61,401 nucleotides of DNA, from positions 1 to 61,401 of the IMG/VR virus record IMGVR_UViG_3300047463_000183; one strand, written 5' to 3'. This DNA is from a virus. Lineage: Duplodnaviria > Caudoviricetes. The notes under the pieces are model-generated. The model saw only the letters and a program-made list of their open reading frames with translations, was not told the DNA's origin and did not search any database. The translations under genes and the position numbers were made by a program. Below are positions 55,219-61,401 of the stretch, one piece after another (within the stretch, counting starts at the first letter, position 1; every line of letters starts with the position of its first letter).

Positions 55219-55634
55219 TGCAGACCTTTTTGCCATACAAGGATTTCGCCACTTGTGCCGCCGTTCTGGACCGTCAGCGTCTGGGCAAGCAGCGCGTCGA
55301 GACCCTTCAGATCCTGAAAACATTGATCTCGGGTGCGAAAGCGTGGTCCAATCACCCCGCCGTGAAGATGTGGCGGGGACACGAGTTCGCCCTTGTCGAA
55401 TATGGTCTGGCCATATGCGACGAATGGGTCGAGCGCGGATACCAAGACACATGCGCGGAAAAGATGCTGGCGATCCCCTTGCGTGGTGGATCAAAGGCAA
55501 ACCCGGCGTGGCTTGACGACCCACGTCTGACTGAAACGCACCGGTCAAATCTGATCCGGAAGCTGCCTGAACACTATCGGTGCTTCTGGCCAGATACGCC
55601 AGATCATCTCGGTTACTGGTGGCCGGTCAACTGA
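55218..55634 (+). CDS. Pyrimidine-dimer glycosylase/endonuclease V-like protein (MSMEG_6728-like)
   Basis: MQTFLPY.DF...A.VLD..RLGKQRVE.LQI, HPAVKMW.G.E, HRSNL.RK. Confidence 0.85.
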   Translation: MQTFLPYKDFATCAAVLDRQRLGKQRVETLQILKTLISGAKAWSNHPAVKMWRGHEFALVEYGLAICDEWVERGYQDTCAEKMLAIPLRGGSKANPAWLDDPRLTETHRSNLIRKLPEHYRCFWPDTPDHLGYWWPVN

Positions 55635-55644
55635 AGAGGTCGAA

Positions 55645-55857
55645 ATGAGTTATCACAGTGATTACTGGGGCACCCCAGAGCCTAGTCGTTGGACGTGGCG
55701 CGGCTGGTTGCGGGTGGCCGAACACCTGATGGCGACGTTATGCATGTTGTGGGCGGGCATCCTGATGCTGGCCATGGGGTATATGCTGATCGGCTGGCTG
55801 ACCGTCGGAATGTCAGTCTGCCCCTTCGCCGCCGCCTGTCTTGTGAGGCCGTCATGA
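55645..55857 (+). CDS. Small membrane protein
   Basis: Hydrophobic C-terminal half; GAGG RBS. Confidence 0.5.
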   Translation: MSYHSDYWGTPEPSRWTWRGWLRVAEHLMATLCMLWAGILMLAMGYMLIGWLTVGMSVCPFAAACLVRPS

Positions 55858-56183
55858 AACGCCGGGCGCTGTTGGCCGCTTTGTTGCCAACGCCCGCCCT
55901 GGCGCACGCTGAGACCGGCTGGGCATCATGGTATTCCCACGGTCGCACGACAGCGAATGGAGAGCGATATAACCGTCATGCCATGACGGCAGCTCACCGG
56001 CACCTACCGTTCAACACTCGCGTCCGCGTCGAGCGTCTCGATACCAACGCCAGCGTCGTCGTCAGGATCAACGACCGTGGCCCGCACGTCCGGGGCCGGA
56101 TCATCGACCTGTCTGAAGCCGCCGGACGTCATCTGGGTATCCATTCAAGCGGCGTCGCGCCGGTCAAACTCCACACCTTATAG
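55854..56183 (+). CDS. rlpA: RlpA-family (DPBB) lytic transglycosylase with signal peptide
   Basis: G.ASWY, TANGE.Y...[22 protein letters not shown]...GRIIDLS.AA. Confidence 0.9.
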   Translation: MKRRALLAALLPTPALAHAETGWASWYSHGRTTANGERYNRHAMTAAHRHLPFNTRVRVERLDTNASVVVRINDRGPHVRGRIIDLSEAAGRHLGIHSSGVAPVKLHTL

Positions 56184-56190
56184 GATTGTC

Positions 56191-56646
56191 ATGCCAGCAC
56201 CTGTCCTCATGATCCACGTGAAGCGTCTTCCGCATGCTGAAGGTCTTCCGCTTCCCGAATACGCCACACCCAATGCTTCCGGCGTCGATCTTCTCGCCGC
56301 CATTGAACGCGACGTCATTCTGTATCCAGGGGATCGTAAACTGATCCCCACGGGTCTCTGCGTCGCCATCCTGGACGGATTTGAAATTCAGATCCGCCCT
56401 CGATCTGGCTTGGCTCTGCGGAACGGGATCTTCGTCCTCAACACGCCAGGGACCATCGACGCGGATTATCGCGGAGAAATCAGCGTTCTGCTGCAAAATA
56501 TGAGCGACAAGCCATTCACCGTCGAACGCGGCATGCGAATCGCCCAGGCCGTGTTGGCACCGGTAGCCCGCATCGACTGGCAGATTGTTGGCGATCTGTC
56601 GAATACAAAGCGTGGCGTGGGTGGTTTCGGTAGCACTGGAACGTGA
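56191..56646 (+). CDS. dut: dUTPase (trimeric)
   Basis: [37 protein letters not shown]. Confidence 0.95.
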   Translation: MPAPVLMIHVKRLPHAEGLPLPEYATPNASGVDLLAAIERDVILYPGDRKLIPTGLCVAILDGFEIQIRPRSGLALRNGIFVLNTPGTIDADYRGEISVLLQNMSDKPFTVERGMRIAQAVLAPVARIDWQIVGDLSNTKRGVGGFGSTGT

Positions 56647-56676
56647 TTTTTTTTCACTGAAAAGTGATATTCGTGA

Positions 56677-56703
56677 TTGACGCATGAGATCTTATGCTAT
56701 AAT
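56677..56703 (+). promoter_or_regulatory. Sigma70-like promoter (extended -10)
   Basis: TTGACG then TGcTATAAT (15-nt spacer), upstream of TAAGGAG RBS. Confidence 0.55.
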
Positions 56704-56742
56704 CCCCACGAATACAGTAAGAAGACGTAAGGAGAAAAAACA

Positions 56743-57054
56743 ATGGCACACACACCCGGACCGTGGGTCATCACGACAGATTATGATGGCGGTCGCGTCT
56801 ATCAGATCTGGCATGATGGACCCAATGCACGATTGTCACCGCGTATCTGCACGCTCAGAAACGCCTCCACGCCAGTTTTGCAGCTCGACATCGAAGAGAT
56901 GCACAGCAATGCGAGGCTGATCGAAGCCGCGCCAGATATGCTGCACGCCCTGAAAAGCGTGCTGGATCTGGCCGTTCAGCACGCTGACAAAGACCTGCTG
57001 GACAAATTGCGCCAGACCATAGTCAAGGCTGAAGGTAAGGAAGCGAAGTCGTGA
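56743..57054 (+). CDS. Phage protein (HTPGPW...NARLI.AAPDML family)
   Basis: Recognisable recurrent phage motif; strong RBS. Confidence 0.75.
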   Translation: MAHTPGPWVITTDYDGGRVYQIWHDGPNARLSPRICTLRNASTPVLQLDIEEMHSNARLIEAAPDMLHALKSVLDLAVQHADKDLLDKLRQTIVKAEGKEAKS

Positions 57055-57248
57055 GAGTGAATGAGCAAAACAACAAAGAAACCGGATGGTGCGAAATGGG
57101 TGTGTATGACGATGACAAACTGGTCGCCGTCATCACGCGACCGATCAAAGGTGCGTCCTGGTTCATGATTCCTGGGGAACCGTTCGCACCACGGCAGCGG
57201 TTTCGGTCAAGGAAGGCGGCTCTGAAGGCCGCTGGTGTAAATCCATAA
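57051..57248 (+). CDS. Hypothetical protein
   Basis: 65 aa, GTGA overlap. Confidence 0.5.
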   Translation: MRVNEQNNKETGWCEMGVYDDDKLVAVITRPIKGASWFMIPGEPFAPRQRFRSRKAALKAAGVNP

Positions 57249-57272
57249 ACAACACTGAAGGAGAAAAAAAAC

Positions 57273-57524
57273 ATGAAACACCTCCAAACCCGTATCAACA
57301 ACACTTGCTCCAGGATTGGCGTGACCGAAAAGACTCTGAGCAAAATGTCAGACAAGGAACTTCTCGGCATGCAGGATTTTGGGGTCTCTTCCCTTCGATA
57401 TCTCAGGGGAAAATTTCCCCGAGGGCCTCTGATTACGTCGGAAGACATTAAGTATCTGAAAAAATACTCTTCCGAACAGCTCATGGAGGAGATCAAGCGC
57501 CGTAATCAAAGAGCCAGGAAATGA
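57273..57524 (+). CDS. RNA polymerase alpha-CTD-like (HhH) protein
   Basis: LQTRINNTCSRIGV....LSKMSDKELLGMQDFGVSSLRYLR resembles the alpha-CTD pattern L.VR..N.L...GI....L...SE.ELL...NFG.KSL.EI. Confidence 0.6.
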   Translation: MKHLQTRINNTCSRIGVTEKTLSKMSDKELLGMQDFGVSSLRYLRGKFPRGPLITSEDIKYLKKYSSEQLMEEIKRRNQRARK

Positions 57525-57715
57525 TCCACCGCCTCGACCCCCCGATCCCCTTGGATACTCCAAGGGGTGAGGGATGGGCTTACCTCGTCATCGACTACAG
57601 TCAGGACCACGATCTTCATTGGGTCTGTTTCCTGAAAGACTCTGGAGAATGCTGGACATGGAGAAATCCAGACATCAAACTCCAGAAAAATATCACCTCC
57701 GGCATCAGAACGTGA
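57521..57715 (+). CDS. Conserved small phage protein
   Basis: LDPPIPL.TP.G.GWA..VIDY...HDL.WVCF....GECW. Confidence 0.7.
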   Translation: MIHRLDPPIPLDTPRGEGWAYLVIDYSQDHDLHWVCFLKDSGECWTWRNPDIKLQKNITSGIRT

Positions 57716-57796
57716 AGAAACTCATCATCATGGTCATTCTGTCGTGGCTTGCCGTCGGCGTTATCATTCACATGGCATTCCATGCCATAATCGACA

Positions 57797-58090
57797 GTGG
57801 AGAAAGAAGTGTCTGCCGTAAACCAACTAAAGCTACAAGCCGGAGTTTCTCAGTTCCTGAGTGCCCTGCATCAAATAATTGAGTTTTACGGCGATGCCTG
57901 TGAAGCATTCCTGAATCTCCATGATAAGATAGTGTCCAGTGATGATTTTCATGAGCAGTTAGAAAGAGTTGCTGAAATACAAATAAAAAACGCAGAAATG
58001 TCAAAGAGTATAGCCAAGTCTTATGCGTTTTTCGTTCACACTGTCGTTCAGTGTCATGAAGCGGAGAAGAAAAATGACGGAAAAGATTGA
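57797..58090 (+). CDS. Hypothetical protein
   Basis: 97 aa helical ORF. Confidence 0.5.
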   Translation: MEKEVSAVNQLKLQAGVSQFLSALHQIIEFYGDACEAFLNLHDKIVSSDDFHEQLERVAEIQIKNAEMSKSIAKSYAFFVHTVVQCHEAEKKNDGKD

Positions 58091-58328
58091 GCGGTTCAAA
58101 AAGGCCCTGGAGATCCTGCATCGGTCCTCCGCGTCTCTGGCCGATGAGCTGGGGTGCAGTAAACGCACCTGCCAGTTGTGGGGCACGAGCCGAGAACCGC
58201 CCATCGAAGTCCTGAGATGGCTGGAACGTCAGGCGGAAGCCGTGTCGAGGATCAGGCCACCTGAGATCATCTGGCGGGCAGGGACACAATACGTCGTCAA
58301 AAAGGTTGAACGCGACAAGCTCTGGTGA
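58074..58328 (+). CDS. Cro-like HTH protein
   Basis: F..ALE.L..S.ASLADELGCSKRTCQLW.....PP..V..WL. Confidence 0.65.
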   Translation: MTEKIERFKKALEILHRSSASLADELGCSKRTCQLWGTSREPPIEVLRWLERQAEAVSRIRPPEIIWRAGTQYVVKKVERDKLW

Positions 58329-58381
58329 TACACTGATCGTGGTGTCTCCATACACCTTGTTTTTCTCCCGTTCGCAAACTT

Positions 58382-58409
58382 AACCGGCGCTTTTGCGCCG
58401 GTTTTTTTT
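58382..58409 (+). terminator. Rho-independent terminator
   Basis: AACCGGCGC-TTTT-GCGCCGG followed by T8. Confidence 0.85.
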
Positions 58410-58420
58410 CGCGAAAAATG

Positions 58421-58449
58421 TTGACACGAAAAGTCATATGCGGGATATT
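58421..58449 (+). promoter_or_regulatory. Sigma70-like promoter
   Basis: TTGACA-17 nt-GATATT immediately after the terminator. Confidence 0.5.
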
Positions 58450-58478
58450 TCGTCATCTCATCATTGAGGACGAAAGAT

Positions 58479-58793
58479 ATGGCAGATAAACAGTCACCAG
58501 CATGGCAGCGTGAGGAGGGGAAGAACCCGAAAGGTGGACTCAACAAAAAGGGCCGGGAATCTTATCACAAAGAAACCGGCGGGACGCTGAAGGCTCCGGT
58601 CAAGTCCGGCGACAATCCGCGCCGGGCGTCGTTTCTTGCCAGAATGGGCAACATGCCTGGGCCGGAACGGGACAAAGACGGCAAGCCAACGCGGCTCCTG
58701 AAGTCCCTTCAGGCGTGGGGCGCGTCGAGTAAGGCTGAAGCAAAAGAGAAAGCGAAAGCGATCTCAGAGAGAAACAAGAAAAAGGACAAGTGA
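58479..58793 (+). CDS. Basic phage protein (DUF6321-like)
   Basis: AWQR.EGKNP.GGLN.KGR.SY, RRASF.ARM, PTRL..SL.AW. Confidence 0.75.
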   Translation: MADKQSPAWQREEGKNPKGGLNKKGRESYHKETGGTLKAPVKSGDNPRRASFLARMGNMPGPERDKDGKPTRLLKSLQAWGASSKAEAKEKAKAISERNKKKDK

Positions 58794-59020
58794 AAATGAA
58801 ACGGGAAGAAGAACAAACCATCGAAAACATCCTGAATGTCATTCGGGTGTTAACTCCCGAAGGCATTCAGTTTGGTGTCGGGCTGTCGCTGATAATCGAC
58901 CTCATTACGCCTCTCGATCCCGAGGAGCGTGAGTTTCTGCTTAAGAAAATTATCGACGGATGCAGAGAGGTCTGGGCGGCGTCGGATCTGATGAACGCTG
59001 AACCGGAAGGAGAGGCGTGA
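58790..59020 (+). CDS. Hypothetical protein
   Basis: 76 aa in overlapping chain. Confidence 0.5.
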   Translation: MKMKREEEQTIENILNVIRVLTPEGIQFGVGLSLIIDLITPLDPEEREFLLKKIIDGCREVWAASDLMNAEPEGEA

Positions 59021-59688
59021 TGGAAGCGTGGCACTTCGTTGGAGGCACCCTGCGCGACGGGTCTCCAATCCCGCCGGACGGAGAGACCCTGGCTCTAGAG
59101 GGGCCGATCATCCCGTGCAAATGGGGGCTTCACGCCAGCGTTCGTCTGATCGACGCCCTTCATCACGCACCTGGAAACACACTGTGCCGGGTCAGGTTGG
59201 GCGGCGAAATTGTAGAGAGGGAAGACAAGGTAGCTGCCAGTGAGCGGACCATCTTGTGGCGGATCGACGCCGATCCTGTCCTCCGGGAGTTCGCCCGGTG
59301 GTGCGCGTTGCAGGTCACTAACCTGTGGGCCGCACCTGACGTCGTGCGGCGATGGTTGGAAACCGGAGATGAAACGCTGCGGGACGCCGCCTGTGCCTCC
59401 GCCCAGGACGCCGGCTGGGCCGCCGCCAGTGCCGCCGCCTGTGCCTCCACCAGAACCGCCGCCAGTGCCGCCGTCCGGGACGCCGCCTGGGCCGCCGCCA
59501 GTGCCGCCGCCAGTGCCTCCGCCCGGGACGCCGCCTGGGCCGCCGCAAATGCCGCCGCCTGGGCCGCCGACCGGGCCGCCAATGCCGCCTCCTGGGACGC
59601 CGCCTGGGACGCGCAGAACGACAAACTAACTGAAATGGTGCTAGCCGCTCATGACAAACAGACCCAGCAAACTCGACTGCCCCTCTGA
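59017..59688 (+). CDS. Phage protein with Ala-rich (DAAWAAA) repeats
   Basis: PC.WGLHAS...DAL, DKVAA.ER, FA.WCA, then AAWAA repeats. Confidence 0.72.
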   Translation: MMEAWHFVGGTLRDGSPIPPDGETLALEGPIIPCKWGLHASVRLIDALHHAPGNTLCRVRLGGEIVEREDKVAASERTILWRIDADPVLREFARWCALQVTNLWAAPDVVRRWLETGDETLRDAACASAQDAGWAAASAAACASTRTAASAAVRDAAWAAASAAASASARDAAWAAANAAAWAADRAANAASWDAAWDAQNDKLTEMVLAAHDKQTQQTRLPL

Positions 59689-59980
59689 CGCCCACCCCTT
59701 CGTCCGCCTCTTGTTCGACGAAATGCGGAAGAAAGGGATGTCGATCAGCGATCTGGCCATCAGAAGCGGCGTCGACCGAAACACCATCTCGTCATGGCGT
59801 CGGCGAGGAACCATGACCCTTAACAGCATGGAATGCTGTCTTGGCGTGTTTGGTCTTGAGTTGATGGCCGTTAACGATCCAAAGAAGATAGAAATTGCGT
59901 CAGCGAAAATGGCGGCGTATAAAGTGACGATGGATCTGATAAAACATCACGCAGAGACAATACTGAAGGTGGCGAAATGA
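59651..59980 (+). CDS. Cro/CI-type HTH protein
   Basis: MSISDLAIRSGVDRNTISSWR. Confidence 0.75.
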   Translation: MTNRPSKLDCPSDAHPFVRLLFDEMRKKGMSISDLAIRSGVDRNTISSWRRRGTMTLNSMECCLGVFGLELMAVNDPKKIEIASAKMAAYKVTMDLIKHHAETILKVAK

Positions 59981-60579
59981 ACGAAGAAATCAGAGCGGCG
60001 AGAGAAGAGTGCCTCATGTTAATGAGGATCTGGCACGATTGCGAAAGAAGGCTGTCTTATGTCGACAGTCACTATAATTGGTCCTTGAAAAACGGCCATG
60101 AACCTGACGCATTTCTTGTTGGCGCCGAGCAAGAAAAAAGAGATATATCTCGCGAAAAATACATAGATTCTTGCCATGTCTTGAATAACCTGGAGAGAAT
60201 TGAGCTAGAGAGTCGGAAGAAAAAAGAGGAAGAGATCGCCCAAAAGAAACGCGAGAATCTCCAAAAGAAACGTGAAGTTCAAATGAAGCGTCAAGAGTCT
60301 GGGGTAAGCCTAGATCCAAAAGAAAGAATGGGAGAAATATATCGAAGAAGGCTGGAAGGCAAAACTTATAAAGAAATAGGTGAAGAGTTTTGTTTTTCAA
60401 AAAGTAACGTAGAAAAAATAGTGAAATTAGCGCATGAAAAAATACAAAAAATAATGAGCAGGGATATTCTTAATACGCCATCAGGCTTGCCGAAAGACGT
60501 GGAACTTGCTCACGGAATATGGCACACGTTTTCGTGGGAAGATAAGCCAGAGCCGGTGTGGAAAATGGAGGTGAGATAA
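59977..60579 (+). CDS. Protein with sigma70 region-4-like HTH
   Basis: IYRRRLEGKTYKEIGEEFCFSKSNVEKIV. Confidence 0.6.
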   Translation: MNEEIRAAREECLMLMRIWHDCERRLSYVDSHYNWSLKNGHEPDAFLVGAEQEKRDISREKYIDSCHVLNNLERIELESRKKKEEEIAQKKRENLQKKREVQMKRQESGVSLDPKERMGEIYRRRLEGKTYKEIGEEFCFSKSNVEKIVKLAHEKIQKIMSRDILNTPSGLPKDVELAHGIWHTFSWEDKPEPVWKMEVR

Positions 60580-60837
60580 ATGAACCAGAATGACATCCGT
60601 TGGCAGCTTGTTGAGCGTTTTCAAGCCAGGGTGCATATTACAAAAAACTCTGCGTTTTTACTCAGCGTCCGAATGTCTTCCTACAATAGACAGTCAGTAT
60701 ATTGGGAGGTTCAAAAAGAAAGTAATGGTAAATTCAGTATGCTGAATAGCGGAAACACAGATAGCATTGAGGCGGCGAAAGAGGCTTGCTTTCTGGCCAT
60801 AATGAACCTGAAGAGGGAGGAAAAAGATGGATCTTGA
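60580..60837 (+). CDS. Hypothetical protein
   Basis: 85 aa; GGAGG RBS. Confidence 0.55.
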   Translation: MNQNDIRWQLVERFQARVHITKNSAFLLSVRMSSYNRQSVYWEVQKESNGKFSMLNSGNTDSIEAAKEACFLAIMNLKREEKDGS

Positions 60838-61003
60838 CGAACTTCTGGCCAATCTGCGCAAAGTAGAAGGACAAACTACCCACTACCTACGAAACCCAGA
60901 AGGACCTGAAGCCGCTCTTTTGATCGAGAGACTGATCAAAATGACCAAAGGTCCTTATGATCCATTTACTGGAATAAGACGGCAATTTAATGAAAAAGTT
61001 TAA
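60827..61003 (+). CDS. Small hypothetical protein (58 aa)
   Basis: Translated by hand (MDLDELLANLR...RNPEGPEAA); GGAGG RBS. Confidence 0.55.
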   Translation: MDLDELLANLRKVEGQTTHYLRNPEGPEAALLIERLIKMTKGPYDPFTGIRRQFNEKV

Positions 61004-61175
61004 TGCATGGGTCATTGTATCGCCAAATGGCCTTGAGATACAAAAATCATTATCGTTTGAAAAAACAAAAGCGTGGAGAAACGCTGGCTTTGGAGACTTT
61101 ATGCAGGTAAAAAAGGCGGTGGAGCAGGGCTTCCAGCCAGTAGAGGTGGAAGTCAGGAAGAAGAATATGACTTAG
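60990..61175 (+). CDS. Hypothetical protein
   Basis: 61 aa in chain. Confidence 0.5.
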   Translation: MKKFNAWVIVSPNGLEIQKSLSFEKTKAWRNAGFGDFMQVKKAVEQGFQPVEVEVRKKNMT

Positions 61176-61185
61176 GAGAAGACAG

Positions 61186-61401
61186 ATGCATGTGACGGAG
61201 AAAGAAGCTAAGCAGTTGGCGTGCTATCAGCGCAATCAAGGCGTGTGCCTTGCCTCGCGCTGCATGGCGTGGCGGTGGGTGGATTGGGAATATGAAGACA
61301 CACGTAGCGAAATCCAGCCTGGGCCGGATTGGAAGGCGGGAGAATACGTAAACCAATGGTTCCGGCCACATCCTGACCGCCGTGGTCGCTGTGGTATGGC
61401 G
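61186..61401 (+). CDS. Cys-rich phage protein, running off the window end
   Basis: Translated by hand: MHVTEKEAKQLAC...CLASRCMAWRW...RRGRCGMA; AGGAG RBS. Confidence 0.6.
   Translation, partial: MHVTEKEAKQLACYQRNQGVCLASRCMAWRWVDWEYEDTRSEIQPGPDWKAGEYVNQWFRPHPDRRGRCGMA

Larger units (their letters stand above)
1..61401. mobile_element. Tailed dsDNA bacteriophage genome segment (myovirus-like, probable alphaproteobacterial host)
   Basis: Contiguous terminase-portal-head-sheath-tube-baseplate-fibre-lysis gene order plus phage replication module; no host housekeeping region in the window. Confidence 0.96.

Noticed and set aside
59240-59629. Pro-rich PPGPPP ORF and Arg-rich reverse ORFs
   Set aside because: Alternative frames of the Ala-rich repeat in 59017-59688
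1-61401. Integrase/att sites, tRNA genes, introns/inteins or alternative genetic code
   Set aside because: None recognised by eye; core genes are uninterrupted and of ordinary length under the standard code. Lifestyle cannot be decided from this window

Overview
The whole window looks like most of the genome of a tailed dsDNA phage with a contractile tail (myovirus-like). The host is probably an alphaproteobacterium, inferred from a GcrA homologue and GANTC sites in a putative origin. No integrase, tRNA, CRISPR array or reverse transcriptase was recognised. Layout: putative origin (1-130); leftward replication/recombination operon (primase-helicase, SF2 helicase, Cas4-like nuclease, SSB, AAA ATPase, RuvC-like resolvase, GcrA; 125-9513); short rightward operon ending in a TPR-glycosyltransferase (9649-11464); one long leftward late operon (54533 down to 11445: terS, a NusG paralogue, terL, portal, head, neck, sheath/tube, tape measure, baseplate, about 18 kb of fibre/spike genes, lysis cassette); and a rightward arm of small genes (54632-61401: EndoV-like, RlpA, dUTPase, RNAP alpha-CTD-like, HTH proteins). 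The most striking feature is a pair of paralogous fibre-tip genes (15580-16557, 17167-18117). Each is built from six 45-50 aa Cys-rich repeats with an almost invariant framework and two hypervariable loops per repeat, with signs of repeat exchange and a partly DGR-like codon pattern but no DGR machinery in view. Other candidates: a lysis cassette whose only recognisable muralytic gene is a Tlde1-like L,D-transpeptidase next to a Tat lipoprotein, a FlmG-like glycosyltransferase, a NusG paralogue with a downstream structured RNA, a three-hairpin intergenic RNA, and a poly-Asp/basic block scaffold. All family assignments are motif recognition by eye, not database searches.
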